A DNA stretch of 64,000 bases from Candidatus Omnitrophota bacterium (GCA_043821285.1 JBDRCZ010000058.1:18699-82698), one strand, 5' to 3'. Positions 1 through 10,782 are shown, counted from the stretch's first letter. Translations and numbers: made by a program. Notes: generated from the letters alone by a model not told the origin.

Positions 1-3000
1 AGCTAGCCGGTGGTTGTGCTTCTATCATGCGCTGGCGAAATTCCGCAATTTTACGTTCTATCACTTCAACCTCACCAGGACCAACCGAATCAAATAATAA
101 TAATAATTCCACCGGATCATTAAATGTCAGCGGTACGCTTATTTCTATAATCCGTTCATCCTGGTCGGAAACTCTTTCTAATAGATGAGGAAATCTGCGA
201 TCATCCTCTTTAAAAACTTTTACTCTAAACGGAGCGCGGTTCGCCTTATAGCTCCATCTCCTATTTTCCAAAAACACAATTGCTTCATCAATAAGTTCTG
301 AAACATCAGTAACCTGGGCAGGTTCGGAAACAGGTGAATAAAACTGTAACAAGTCCTCCATAAGTTTTCTTACCTCTTTAGTACGATAGCCACGTTGGTA
401 CCAATCATAAACCTCTTCACTATGTCCCTTCTTCAGTAAAGCTACCTTAATATTTCTAGTATCCTCAATTGATTCAATAATGCCAATGCTGTCAGGTCCA
501 GTAGATGGTGGCCTAATTAAAATATCGCCCTTATCTAAAGGGATTTGTTCTCTGGTTTCCGTCCTACCTTTTGAATACCAAACCAAAATATCATTTAATA
601 CTCCACTGCCTTCTAAAATCTCTAATGCCTCATATATAATACCACTTCTATCGCTATTTTCTAATAAAGCATCTACCTCTTTATCATTTTCCAAATCTAT
701 TGAACGTAACGCTTGATCTGCCCTGTTTAATATCTCTAATACTTCCTTTTCAAGCTCATCCAAAGACTCTAATGGTATTGTAGGTTCCGTAAAAAACTCT
801 TGCATTCTCCTATTTCCACTACTATCGACAAACCTCCCGTCTATCACTCTTTTTATCTCAATCCTTTCCCCTGTTCTATCTCGCATAGTAATACCAACAC
901 GCTTGTTGCCTGGCCAATCTACAGATGCGTCTTCATAATATATAATATTCCCTGGTTTATCTCTCTGATCCTCTGGCAGAGTCTTTGCCTTTCCTCTTAA
1001 AATTCTTAATCTATCATTTAACTCCTCTCTTAAGCTATCTCGCAGATCATCATCTCCAGCAATATAATCTCTTACTAATTTGCTCAAGGGAAGCAGTCTG
1101 CTTAAGCTTAATGTTCTTAAGCTATCTATATCTGTTACCCCTAACATCTGTAAATATACGATTAGTTCTTCTCCTGTAGGATTTGGATTTATTCTTCCGG
1201 CAGTTATCAGCAATAGTGAGCGGACACTGTTATAAGGAGTCTCTCTGGCAAGAGCGAGTATATTAAAAATATTTTCTTTAGCTGTTTGTGCATCAATCCC
1301 ACCTGATTGCACCAGATTATCTAATTTTCTCGCTGCAGATAAGGCCGGTTGTTCACCACTTGAGCTAATCTGGTCAAATAATGCTTGTAGTTGTGGGTCA
1401 TCAGTCTTAATCTCTGGAACATCCCTAAACTCAACAGCAGGTTCAGGTATAACTGGTTCTGGCTCAAACACCTTAGCTGGCACAGCAATCCAAAACATTG
1501 CCCCTTCCTCATCCTGCGAAAAATTCATCTCTCCACCAAGTGCCTCAAGCTCCATTTTTGCTTTTAGTATCCCCTGCAAAGAACGCTCGGTCTTGCCCCG
1601 CATCTCTTCTTCATCACTAAACTCCTGCTCAAATATCGCTCTTTGGATCTTACGTGTGAGCTTTGATGTATATCTTACCCCTATGACAAAAACTGGTTCC
1701 CCTTCCTGTTCCTGCCACCCCCACTCAATACTAACCCCCTTATCCTCTCCCATTAATTCTAAATATTGCTCTATCTGTTCTCTTAATTCAGCGGCTCTTA
1801 AATTATCAAACCTTTCTATGTGCCGCTTATCTTGCTCCCAGATAAAACTCTCCACATTCGCCATCTTCGCTACCCGCACTGCTTCGCTTACCCACTCTCT
1901 AACTAATCCCTGAAGGCGTTCTGTATACTCTTCTGCCTCCGCACTCGTTAGTGTCCTCTCTTCCTCTCCTGTTATCGGCACCCTCAATTCCTCACCCAGA
2001 TTATCGTCAATCTCTTGGATTTTTGTACTTGTTTCCCGGTCCCTCCTTTGAAAATTATTATTTGTTGTCGTGTACCTATCTAATCGGCTAAATTCTATGT
2101 CTTTACCTTCTTGCGGCTTTGCCTCTGGACGCGGGTCAAGGATTTCTTGCATATCAATTAGGGTGAGTTCTTCTCCCTCGCGCCGGTTAAGCTCCTCTAC
2201 CATATGGGCTAAAAGTACCTGCTCATACGCACTCAGGGCTATTCCATCTTCCTCTTGTTCTTGCTTAGCCCTTACTTCAAATACCATCCGCTCTCCTGCT
2301 CTTTTAACTATAATTGTGTCCCCTTCGTTTATCTCCCTCCATTGCTTCTGCCTAAATTCTATTAATGGCTTGCTAAATAACCTCTCCACTGCCCGGCCCA
2401 ATGGCCGCGCTCCATACTCTGCCTGATATCCCTTCTCAACCAAAAGACCATACACTGCTTCTTTTTCTTCTTTATTTTCCCCAATTTCAATATTTATCCT
2501 CTGCCGCGCCTCAAATAATCCAATCTCTACATTAAGAAAAATTTCTACCACTGCTTGCAGTAGTTCATGGGTTAAGGGGTTAAATATTACCTGCGCATCT
2601 ATCCGGTTTAAAAATTCCGGACGGAAGAATCCTTTAAATGACTCCTTTACCATCTCAGTCATCTTTTCTTTGAATGCGGCTATCCTTTCCGGGTCACGGC
2701 TCTTTATTACATCATCCATCTCTGGATATAGCGAATACACTGTCAGTACTTCTCCCCAGATCTCAACCTTACCCTCCATGCCGATATTTGAAGTAAGAAC
2801 AATTACCGCATCCTTAAGACTTACGGTCCTCCCCTGGTTAGATGTAACTCTTCCATCTTCTAATATCTGCAGCAGTATATCAAGTATCTGCTTGTCCCCT
2901 TTATCTATTTCATCAAATACAATCACAGTATTCGGATAATCTTTAAGCTGTTCAATTAATGCCCCTTCCCCGCCATTTTCATCGTATCCCACAAATCCCG

Positions 3001-6000
3001 GTGGTGCACCAATGAGTTTAGATAGATCTTCCCGCGTCTTATACTCACTCATGTTTATTATTTTTAGGTTCATCCCTAAAATCTCTGCTAATGTCTTGGC
3101 CAACTGTGTCTTCCCTACTCCTGTTGGCCCGGCAAAAATAAATGATCCGATTGGCTGATGCCGCGGCTTTAGCCCCCCCTTGGCAATCTTTACGGCATTA
3201 CAAATCGCCTCTATCGCCTCCTCTTGCCCCACGATCCTGGCCTTTAAAATCTGATCTAACTTTAATATCTTCTCTTTTTCACTCCCTTCCATTAATCCTA
3301 CATCTATCTCTACAACATTCTCTTTCCTTTCCTTTTCCTCAACATAAGATAGGGTATCTCTTCCTTCGATTATCGGTAAACTGGGTTTTGCGAATTCTTC
3401 TTTTAACTCCTCTAACTCCCGGATAAATCCGATTATCTCCTCATTATTTTGTAAATCTTCTACTGTTAAATCACCCTCTGAGTTATCAATAAGTTCCTCT
3501 AATTCAAATCGCAAATTGCCCATAATCTCGAAAATCTTACCTTGTATTCTGTTTTTTGACTGTTGCTTGTTTACAAAGAGTCCATTAAACCAGTCGTTCA
3601 ATGTTTCTAATGACGGCTGTCCGGCAAAATATCTCTCCCATAACCGCACTGCCATATCTATCGCGGCAAAGCTTATCTCGATTGCCTCTCCTTCTCCATC
3701 ATTATAATTCCTCTCAATAGTCTCTCTCATAAATAACGTAAATGTCTCAAATATATCCTCCCGCTCTAATTCTCCAACCTCAACCAATGAAAAATATTTA
3801 TCAAAATACTCCTCTGCGGCAATATTGTTCCTCGAGGTTGTCATGATAAACGATATCGTTGTCAGCCCCTTAAACATCCTTAAGAAAAACCCTAATAAAA
3901 ATGGATTTACCCGTAAACGTCTCAGTTCTTCCTTTACATCATCAAAATCCATAACAATTATTGTATTCAGTCCCTTCTCTTTTCCATCTTCTTCAATTGC
4001 ATCTACTACCTCTTTAAGCCGTGCCTCAAAATATCCAATTAATGAAAAATAATTCCTCAGTGACCCCAGTCTTAACCGTAATATCCGCGTGTTCTCAAAT
4101 CCCGCAATATCCCCCTCCCGCGCCCGCTTGGCAAAACTATCTACTATGCTCTTCTGCATTAGTAAAGACTCACTTAAGATAAATGGATAATTTCGCCGCT
4201 TTTGTTTCACTATCCGGCTAATATCTACCACTGGATCCAGCGGTGGATGGATATCCTCTACCAGCCCTTCGGCTGACCTAATCGTTAGATGTTCAAACAT
4301 CTCATTTATCTCTTTCTCTGCCTGTTCTATCTTCTCTATCTGCGCCTGTTTTGCTGCGGCAAATGCCTGCTCAGCCTCTTTATTCCGGCCCTGCTTTCTA
4401 AGTTCATATGTTTGTTTGTTCTGCTCCGCAGTTTCGATTAAGCGACGTTCATTACTAATCTCTAGATTTATCGCCTGCTTTTCTCCATCTCTTGTTGCAC
4501 TACCTAAGTCCCGCTCATACTTCCTGATATTTACCTGATATCCCTGGATTCTCTTATCCAATTCTCCTATCCGCTGTTCAATCTCTGCCTGATCCAACTC
4601 CTCCATTTCTTCATCTAAATCTTCCGGCCGGGGTAGGGTGATCATAAAACGCTTTCTGAATTCTTCAAGTGCCTCTTCTCTTTCTTCTCCTGCCTCTGCT
4701 GGCTCTACTACCTCTACTAGCTCTTCTGTCTCTGCTCCCTCTGCTGTCCCTTCTATCTCTTTTGTCTCTGCTATTTCTGGTAAATTAAGCAGGCTGCGCA
4801 CTAACCCTTCATCAAATTCTCCTCCCTGGAAAAAATTCTCTTCCAGCCTACTAATAACCTCTTCATGCTCATATAACCTCTTCTCTCCCTCGTCCTTTAC
4901 TGTATCAAACATTACTCGCCCTTCTTCAATATCCGCAAATATCTTGTCCCCTTTTTCAAATTTATCCCCTAATATTGCCGCGGAAAGCGGTGCCAGCACT
5001 ATGCGTTTTAACGCCCGGATCATTGGCCTGGCTCCATTTACTACATCATATCCTTGCCTGATTACTTCTTCCCTTAGCTCCTCTGATAATTCCAGCCCGC
5101 GATAACCTGCTTCCCCTAGTAACCCTTCATACTCGCGGATCTTTATCTCTAATATCTTCTCTAATGATTCTTTGGATAAAGGTTCAAATGTAATAATCTT
5201 TTCTAGGCCTATTCTCCCGATAAACTCTGGACGAAATTCATTCCTTACAGACTGCTCTAATTTCCTCCTGATTGCCCCCCGAATATCCTCCAGCAGGTAT
5301 TCCCGCTGCGCTTCCATGTCTTCACTACTAACCATGTCATCTAATGTTTTAAAACGATTAAGTAAATTGTCAAATTCTATCCCACTTTCTTCTTGCATCC
5401 TCTCAAGCTGTAATTGGACAATAGCACGTCTGGCTTTAAGTTCCCTCTCTACCAAAGCTCTAAGCTCCCTGTTTTCCTGTTCATCGGTTCGCACTTGTTT
5501 TACCTCAGCCAGAACCTTATATAGACTTACGATATCTAACCCGTTATAATTCTGCCAATTACTTATTTTCTGCTCAATCTTCTGAAGCAAAAAAATTCGC
5601 ATTTCCCCTTCATCTTCTACATCTAATACCGCCTGTATCTCTGCCGCGCTTTCAGCCAGATAATGCGCCTCTTCTTTATCATGGCCAATATGCTCTATTA
5701 ATTTATATATATGATTTCGTGATTTTAGTAGATCTCCCTTTAACTGCTCATCTGTTAACTTATTTATGTCCTCTTTTAGCTGCTGGAGATCCTCTATTAT
5801 CTCTTTTACCCGTGCCTCTTCTGCCCGGTCCGCGCTCGCAGTCTGGCTAAATCCCAGGTTTGAGGTCATAATGATAATTGTATTCTTAAAGTTCACTGCC
5901 CGGCCATGATTGTCTTCAAGTATCCCATCATTTAGTATCGAAAGAAATAGATCAAAAACATCGGGATATGCTTTCTCAATCTCATCAAATAATATAACAC

Positions 6001-9000
6001 TGTATGGCCGCCTCAGTACATGGTCTGTTAACTGCCCCCCGGCTTCATATCCAATATATCCCGGTGGCGCGCCAATTAGTTTGTAATGGTCCATTCTATT
6101 CATATATTCTGACATATCAAATCGTGCCATTGCCTCTTCATTGCCAAACATATGACGCGCTATTGATTTGCTAAGCTCTGTCTTGCCTACACCTGTTGGA
6201 CCTACAAAAATAAATACCCCGATTGGCTGGTTCTCTCTTACTCCACGTATCTGGCGCAGGCTAAATGCATCATATGTTGCTGTTATTGCCGGGTCTTGGC
6301 CAATAAGCATCCCTTGGATTGATTCTACGTAATTTGCTAATTTTTCATCCTCTGTCGTTGTGATTATATAAAGCGGTACCCCGCTATCTTCAGCAATCTG
6401 TTCGACTATATCATCTAATGTGATCTCCCATTTGCCTTGCTCTTTTATTCTATTAATAAATCTATCGTGCTCTTCTATTTGATTTGTAATTGCCTCATAT
6501 TCACTCAATTTTCGGTCAATCACCTCTTTGAAAAAATCAACCTCTGCCTGCTCACCGCCTAAAAGTGCTCTTTTAAGTCCTTCCGCTGCTTTGAGTAGTT
6601 TTTCCTCGTGGTCTATTAGTTCACTGTTTAGCCTTTCTAATCTTAATAATTTGTCCGTAATAATCTTATCGATTATCTCTTGCAGTTTGTTCGGCGGCGT
6701 ACCCGAGGGGTAATATTTCTCGGCTAATTTTATGGCGTCATCAATTGTCCTCCTTGATATGTTTAAACTTACTCCTTCCGGGAATATCCCTGCGTAAATA
6801 TCCGTGACCCTGAGCCTAAACTGGCGCATGATCCTGCGCATATCATACGGTGCTGGAGAAGTAAGTTCACATTTCTCAAACTTGCTCTCTAATCTTCGAT
6901 CATTTTCAAATAATCCCGCATATACCTGTTTATTCGCTATCCCCAATACGGATATGTTTTCGGCATTAAGTGCCGCCTCCAATAATAAATATAGTCCGCC
7001 AATCATTTTCCCCTTGATCTCTCCTATACTATAAAAATCCTGAAAATTAAATACTAATACTACCTGCTCCCTCCAGTAAACATTCTTTATTGAATTTATC
7101 AATTTTGCCACTTCTTCTTCAAGCTGCCCAGGCATAGCTAATTTATCTACAAAACGCGCGGTGTTAAATTCTAAAAACTTTGCCCCTTGAAGATTCGTCA
7201 ATGTGGTAACTTCCTGCTCTGACCTTACAACAATTGCCTCTAATAACCCCTCTCCTACTTCCGGGTCACCAACAATAACAACATTATTCCTTCCCCTTAC
7301 TGCAATTTGATTATTTATATTTCCTGCATCGCGCTCTAAATAATATGTATCATCTATCTTCCCTGCCCTGGCTAACTCATTAAGGTCAATTGTGTATTCT
7401 CGTATATAATCCTCTTCACTCCCTTCCTCAAATCCTGGTAACCCCACGCCTCCTTGTCCCATCACCAAGGCTACTGCTATTCCCTCAACCAAATTATCTA
7501 CCGGCATATCTACCCCAAATGCAAGATTTAATACTACACGTAGTATGCCAAACCCCAGTAATAGCCAAGCTAATGAATGTAAATGCGTCCCGCCCAAGTG
7601 GTGGTGTTGATCACTCCAGCCCCGTTGGTGGATAGCTCGATGCAGTAATTCATTTAAATATCTAATCGTCCTTGTATCATGACCAGGGCCATTTGTATCT
7701 TCCCCAGCTATTGCTGGAAGATCTTCTTCTCCTTTATTGTAAGCCGCTCTTAGCTTATCTCTCACCCCCGGCTTATTCAGTGCTGCTCTTATTGCTTCTT
7801 CATTGTCATCAGAAAGTGTTGTTTGAAGGTCACCTATAAGTGAATTGACAAATTCTTCAAAACTTTTATCCTTTTTTCCGCTCTTTAGGTATCGCGTAAG
7901 CGATTGTATGGTTATGTCTCGTATATCGTGTTTCGTTTGATCATTATCAACGTCTGTCTCCAAATCTTCATCTTCTCCTAATTCCTCAGAAAATTCATCT
8001 AAAAGTTCGCCCATCTCTTCTACTTGTGCTACTGTCCGTTCGGCATGCGCCTCTACTTCTTCTTCACTCAGTTCTTTATTTTTTAGCTCTTGTGCCTTTT
8101 GTTTTCTAAGCTCTTCCCCATAAAACATCCGGTCACATGGCAGCATTACCACCGGTATCATCCCTATGGGATTGCCTGAGATAAATAAGGCTAATCCTAA
8201 TATACTTCCCACCACTATTGCCAGTTGATTAATCCGGCTCTGCTGTTTGAAACCTGATCGTAAACCGCTAATTGTTACTTCAATCCTGCTTTTATAATTA
8301 TTCAAAAATATCTTAATATTACCCGCTATGTTCTTACTCCATTGCCAAACCCTTGGGACAATTTGTATAGATATATTTCTTGCACCAATAGCCTGAAGTT
8401 CCCAAAGCAAGGGAAGGACATCTACAAAGAGAGCTCTATCAAAATCAGTAGCTACCAAAATCGAGGACGCATCCGCTCCGGAATTAGCATAGAGTACACG
8501 TCTTGAAACACCTTGAGGATTTACAATGTTTTTTATTGCCGTATATTTGGCCATCTGTGCTTCATCTAATCTTTCCGTCTCTCCCAACTGCGTATTGGGA
8601 TTCGGCATAACAGTTACGCTTACATCTGCGGCTTCTTCGATAAAAAAACTGAGATCTTGTACAATCCTTTCATTAATTTTGAAAATAATCTCTCCGGATA
8701 ACATTCTATCTAAAATCACGTGTGTGATACCTGGGTTATCTTTTTCAAGCAGTGCTAATAACTCATTAAGCGTTATTCCCCCTGTTATAATTATTTCCTT
8801 TTCTATTGGCTGTTTTCCTAAGTCTTTCTTTTCTGACACAAAAGCACATATGGCACCATGAAAGGATAGCCTAATTTTGGTGGTATGTTTTTTTGTTATA
8901 TCACCAGTATTACCACACAACCTGTTAAAAACTTCCATATCTTCAGCACTATCTAAATTTATAGCTGGCGCAAGGTGGGTAGTTAAACCTCTCAGGTTGC

Positions 9001-9094
9001 CCCCGGCTGCCCAGGCAATGTCTAAACACAGAAAGGCGTTGATTAATATAACCGCGATTAGTTTAAAACAAATTTTATGTTTTATCTTATTCAT
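1..9094 (-). CDS. Giant secreted or membrane-anchored AAA+ protein, more than 3031 aa (3' end beyond window). It has an N-terminal signal peptide, a degenerate ClpB-NBD1-like domain, long coiled coils and two complete ClpB/Hsp104-type NBD2 plus C-terminal-domain modules.
   Basis: Hand translation of the minus strand in the frame whose codon first bases sit at + positions congruent to 1 mod 3. Start is ATG at 9094-9092, with GGTGA 4 nt upstream and an in-frame TGA just 5' of it. N-terminus is MNKIKHKICFKLIAVILINAFLCLDIAWAAGG (signal peptide). No stop was found down to position 1. The frame was checked directly at 3360-1 and at the motif regions. Around 6290-5840 it reads GQDPAITATYDAFSLRQIRGVRENQPIGVFIFVGPTGVGKTELSKS...MSEYMNRMDHYKLIGAPPGYIGYEAGGQLT...VILFDEIEKAYPDVFDLFLSILNDG. 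Around 3240-2400 it reads GQEEAIEAICNAVKIAKGGLKPRHQPIGSFIFAGPTGVGKTQLAK...LIGAPPGFVGYDENG...VIVFDEIDK...YGARPLGRAVERL. An upstream RGRNNVVIVGDPEVGEG resembles a ClpB NBD1 Walker A but lacks the Lys. Absence from the ORF track is explained by the missing stop codon inside the window. Confidence 0.8.
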   Translation of the reverse strand, partial: MNKIKHKICFKLIAVILINAFLCLDIAWAAGGNLRGLTTHLAPAINLDSAEDMEVFNRLCGNTGDITKKHTTKIRLSFHGAICAFVSEKKDLGKQPIEKEIIITGGITLNELLALLEKDNPGITHVILDRMLSGEIIFKINERIVQDLSFFIEEAADVSVTVMPNPNTQLGETERLDEAQMAKYTAIKNIVNPQGVSRRVLYANSGADASSILVATDFDRALFVDVLPLLWELQAIGARNISIQIVPRVWQWSKNIAGNIKIFLNNYKSRIEVTISGLRSGFKQQSRINQLAIVVGSILGLALFISGNPIGMIPVVMLPCDRMFYGEELRKQKAQELKNKELSEEEVEAHAERTVAQVEEMGELLDEFSEELGEDEDLETDVDNDQTKHDIRDITIQSLTRYLKSGKKDKSFEEFVNSLIGDLQTTLSDDNEEAIRAALNKPGVRDKLRAAYNKGEEDLPAIAGEDTNGPGHDTRTIRYLNELLHRAIHQRGWSDQHHHLGGTHLHSLAWLLLGFGILRVVLNLAFGVDMPVDNLVEGIAVALVMGQGGVGLPGFEEGSEEDYIREYTIDLNELARAGKIDDTYYLERDAGNINNQIAVRGRNNVVIVGDPEVGEGLLEAIVVRSEQEVTTLTNLQGAKFLEFNTARFVDKLAMPGQLEEEVAKLINSIKNVYWREQVVLVFNFQDFYSIGEIKGKMIGGLYLLLEAALNAENISVLGIANKQVYAGLFENDRRLESKFEKCELTSPAPYDMRRIMRQFRLRVTDIYAGIFPEGVSLNISRRTIDDAIKLAEKYYPSGTPPNKLQEIIDKIITDKLLRLERLNSELIDHEEKLLKAAEGLKRALLGGEQAEVDFFKEVIDRKLSEYEAITNQIEEHDRFINRIKEQGKWEITLDDIVEQIAEDSGVPLYIITTTEDEKLANYVESIQGMLIGQDPAITATYDAFSLRQIRGVRENQPIGVFIFVGPTGVGKTELSKSIARHMFGNEEAMARFDMSEYMNRMDHYKLIGAPPGYIGYEAGGQLTDHVLRRPYSVILFDEIEKAYPDVFDLFLSILNDGILEDNHGRAVNFKNTIIIMTSNLGFSQTASADRAEEARVKEIIEDLQQLKEDINKLTDEQLKGDLLKSRNHIYKLIEHIGHDKEEAHYLAESAAEIQAVLDVEDEGEMRIFLLQKIEQKISNWQNYNGLDIVSLYKVLAEVKQVRTDEQENRELRALVERELKARRAIVQLQLERMQEESGIEFDNLLNRFKTLDDMVSSEDMEAQREYLLEDIRGAIRRKLEQSVRNEFRPEFIGRIGLEKIITFEPLSKESLEKILEIKIREYEGLLGEAGYRGLELSEELREEVIRQGYDVVNGARPMIRALKRIVLAPLSAAILGDKFEKGDKIFADIEEGRVMFDTVKDEGEKRLYEHEEVISRLEENFFQGGEFDEGLVRSLLNLPEIAETKEIEGTAEGAETEELVEVVEPAEAGEEREEALEEFRKRFMITLPRPEDLDEEMEELDQAEIEQRIGELDKRIQGYQVNIRKYERDLGSATRDGEKQAINLEISNERRLIETAEQNKQTYELRKQGRNKEAEQAFAAAKQAQIEKIEQAEKEINEMFEHLTIRSAEGLVEDIHPPLDPVVDISRIVKQKRRNYPFILSESLLMQKSIVDSFAKRAREGDIAGFENTRILRLRLGSLRNYFSLIGYFEARLKEVVDAIEEDGKEKGLNTIIVMDFDDVKEELRRLRVNPFLLGFFLRMFKGLTTISFIMTTSRNNIAAEEYFDKYFSLVEVGELEREDIFETFTLFMRETIERNYNDGEGEAIEISFAAIDMAVRLWERYFAGQPSLETLNDWFNGLFVNKQQSKNRIQGKIFEIMGNLRFELEELIDNSEGDLTVEDLQNNEEIIGFIRELEELKEEFAKPSLPIIEGRDTLSYVEEKERKENVVEIDVGLMEGSEKEKILKLDQILKARIVGQEEAIEAICNAVKIAKGGLKPRHQPIGSFIFAGPTGVGKTQLAKTLAEILGMNLKIINMSEYKTREDLSKLIGAPPGFVGYDENGGEGALIEQLKDYPNTVIVFDEIDKGDKQILDILLQILEDGRVTSNQGRTVSLKDAVIVLTSNIGMEGKVEIWGEVLTVYSLYPEMDDVIKSRDPERIAAFKEKMTEMVKESFKGFFRPEFLNRIDAQVIFNPLTHELLQAVVEIFLNVEIGLFEARQRINIEIGENKEEKEAVYGLLVEKGYQAEYGARPLGRAVERLFSKPLIEFRQKQWREINEGDTIIVKRAGERMVFEVRAKQEQEEDGIALSAYEQVLLAHMVEELNRREGEELTLIDMQEILDPRPEAKPQEGKDIEFSRLDRYTTTNNNFQRRDRETSTKIQEIDDNLGEELRVPITGEEERTLTSAEAEEYTERLQGLVREWVSEAVRVAKMANVESFIWEQDKRHIERFDNLRAAELREQIEQYLELMGEDKGVSIEWGWQEQEGEPVFVIGVRYTSKLTRKIQRAIFEQEFSDEEEMRGKTERSLQGILKAKMELEALGGEMNFSQDEEGAMFWIAVPAKVFEPEPVIPEPAVEFRDVPEIKTDDPQLQALFDQISSSGEQPALSAARKLDNLVQSGGIDAQTAKENIFNILALARETPYNSVRSLLLITAGRINPNPTGEELIVYLQMLGVTDIDSLRTLSLSRLLPLSKLVRDYIAGDDDLRDSLREELNDRLRILRGKAKTLPEDQRDKPGNIIYYEDASVDWPGNKRVGITMRDRTGERIEIKRVIDGRFVDSSGNRRMQEFFTEPTIPLESLDELEKEVLEILNRADQALRSIDLENDKEVDALLENSDRSGIIYEALEILEGSGVLNDILVWYSKGRTETREQIPLDKGDILIRPPSTGPDSIGIIESIEDTRNIKVALLKKGHSEEVYDWYQRGYRTKEVRKLMEDLLQFYSPVSEPAQVTDVSELIDEAIVFLENRRWSYKANRAPFRVKVFKEDDRRFPHLLERVSDQDERIIEISVPLTFNDPVELLLLFDSVGPGEVEVIERKIAEFRQRMIEAQPPAS

Positions 9095-9224
9095 ATTTCA
9101 CCAATTGTATTTTAAAAATAAAAGATAGATTCAGAAAAATCAAAAAAAGAAAATTCCTATACTATTTGATTATTTTAAATTTATTAGAAATAAATTTAAA
9201 ATCTATTTAAAATACCGATTTTTA

Positions 9225-9253
9225 TAAGTATACCATATATTTCGGATTTGTCA
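9225..9253 (-). promoter_or_regulatory. Putative sigma70-like promoter for the giant gene (TTGACA-N17-ATACTT read on the minus strand)
   Basis: Minus-strand reading of 9253-9225 gives TTGACAaatccgaaatatatggtATACTT, about 130 nt upstream of the ATG at 9094 in an AT-rich leader. Confidence 0.25.
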
Positions 9254-9336
9254 AGGGTTGGACGGGAATTTTTTTGAAAAATACATTCTTGGAGGGAGGG
9301 TAAATTTCGTGCGTTATGTGGTTGCGTTTAGGGTTT

Positions 9337-10782
9337 TCATAATGCGTTTGAGACTATCAAGCGCCGCGCCTCAAGACGCAATTTTTTTAACCTGTTTCTA
9401 CTGATAGTCTCTAAATAGCAGCGCACAATCGGCTCGGTCCCGGAAAACCGGTACATGACCCAGCTCTGATCTTGAAGAATAAATTTAAAACCGTCAATTG
9501 TATTTATTTCTTTTACCGGTAGATTGCAAAATTCAACCGGCGGGGCGGTTTTTAGTTTGTTCAGCAGTTTTAATTTTATTTTTTCGGTAAGTGCGATATC
9601 AATCCGGTCATTGTAAAAATATCCATATTTTTTGTAAAGGTTATTTAGTATTTTTCGGATGCTTTGCCCGCGGATGGCAAGCATTTCCGCAATCAATAGA
9701 CACGCAAGTATCCCGTCTTTTTCCGGAACATGCCCATGAATGGAAAGTCCGCCGGATTCTTCTCCGCCAATAAGACACTCTCCCCCGGCTAATACCTCTC
9801 CAATATATTTAAATCCCACCGGGGTTTCTATTACCCGCATGCCATTATACCCGGCAATACCGTCAATCATGGAAGTGGTCGATAAAGTGCGCGCTACGGT
9901 TTTCATCTTTCCCCTGGTTTTAATCAAATGCTCAAATAATAGCGCAAGCACCTGATTTGCGTTGATGTAGGTACCGTCCCTGTCAATTATCCCAAACCGG
10001 TCAGCATCACCATCGCAGGCCAGACCAAGGTGCGCCCGGCTGCGCCTTAGTTCATGGATCATTGTTTTGATATATGCCGGCTTGGGCTCAGGTGGGTTTC
10101 CGCCAAAAGCAGGATTTAAATCATTATTTAAAACTACAATGTTTTTTGTACATTTTTGTAAAATATTGTCAAGATAGCCGCGGCAGGTGCCATGCATGCA
10201 GTCAATAATAATTTTTAGTTTTGCCTTTTTCAGGGCCGCAATATCGACCAATTGCCTCAACCGCTTAAGATAGTCCCGGCTTGCATCAAATACGATAATT
10301 GGACGCGGTTTGTTCTGGGGAGGTGATTTTTGGTTAAAATTTTTAGTGATTATTTTTTCAATCTCATCAGTTGCTTTTTTGGGCGCCGGGCCGCCGTAGG
10401 CCGGAGAAAATTTTATACCGTTATATTCCGGCGGATTATGACTGGCGGTAAAATTTATACCGCCATCTGCATTTTTTTTTATTATCTGATAGGCGATAAC
10501 CGGTGTGGGCACATCCCGGTCAGCTAAAAATACATCAATATTCTCCGCCGCTAAAATTTCCGCGGTAAACCGGGCGCATTCTTTGGAAAGAAATCTGGTA
10601 TCATAGCCAACTACTATTTTCGGCCTTATATTTTCAGCCTGGTTTTTTTCTTTTTTCTGCGCCTTTACATATTTTCCGATTGCCGATATAACTCTTGCCA
10701 CATTTTCAAAGGTAAATTCTTCAGCAATAACTGCCCGCCAGCCGGATGTGCCAAATTTTATCGCCATCTTCTTATCCTTCAT
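9337..10782 (-). CDS. Phosphoglucomutase/phosphomannomutase (alpha-D-phosphohexomutase family)
   Basis: 481-aa ORF with GTSGWRA and the phosphoserine loop TASHNPPEYNGIKF. AAGGA ribosome-binding site upstream. Confidence 0.85.
   Translation of the reverse strand: MKDKKMAIKFGTSGWRAVIAEEFTFENVARVISAIGKYVKAQKKEKNQAENIRPKIVVGYDTRFLSKECARFTAEILAAENIDVFLADRDVPTPVIAYQIIKKNADGGINFTASHNPPEYNGIKFSPAYGGPAPKKATDEIEKIITKNFNQKSPPQNKPRPIIVFDASRDYLKRLRQLVDIAALKKAKLKIIIDCMHGTCRGYLDNILQKCTKNIVVLNNDLNPAFGGNPPEPKPAYIKTMIHELRRSRAHLGLACDGDADRFGIIDRDGTYINANQVLALLFEHLIKTRGKMKTVARTLSTTSMIDGIAGYNGMRVIETPVGFKYIGEVLAGGECLIGGEESGGLSIHGHVPEKDGILACLLIAEMLAIRGQSIRKILNNLYKKYGYFYNDRIDIALTEKIKLKLLNKLKTAPPVEFCNLPVKEINTIDGFKFILQDQSWVMYRFSGTEPIVRCYLETISRNRLKKLRLEARRLIVSNAL

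Noticed and set aside
1321-1512. Minus-strand 63-aa ORF in the track
   Set aside because: It is in a different frame from the continuous giant ORF that covers the same bases.
480-9128. All + strand ORFs listed in the track for this interval (78-155 aa, Ser/Leu/Ile-rich, low complexity)
   Set aside because: They lie antisense to the continuous minus-strand giant gene. Their composition is the typical shadow-ORF signature and none has a ribosome-binding site or a recognisable domain.
9591-10527. + strand ORFs inside the phosphoglucomutase gene
   Set aside because: Antisense overlap with a well-supported minus-strand CDS.
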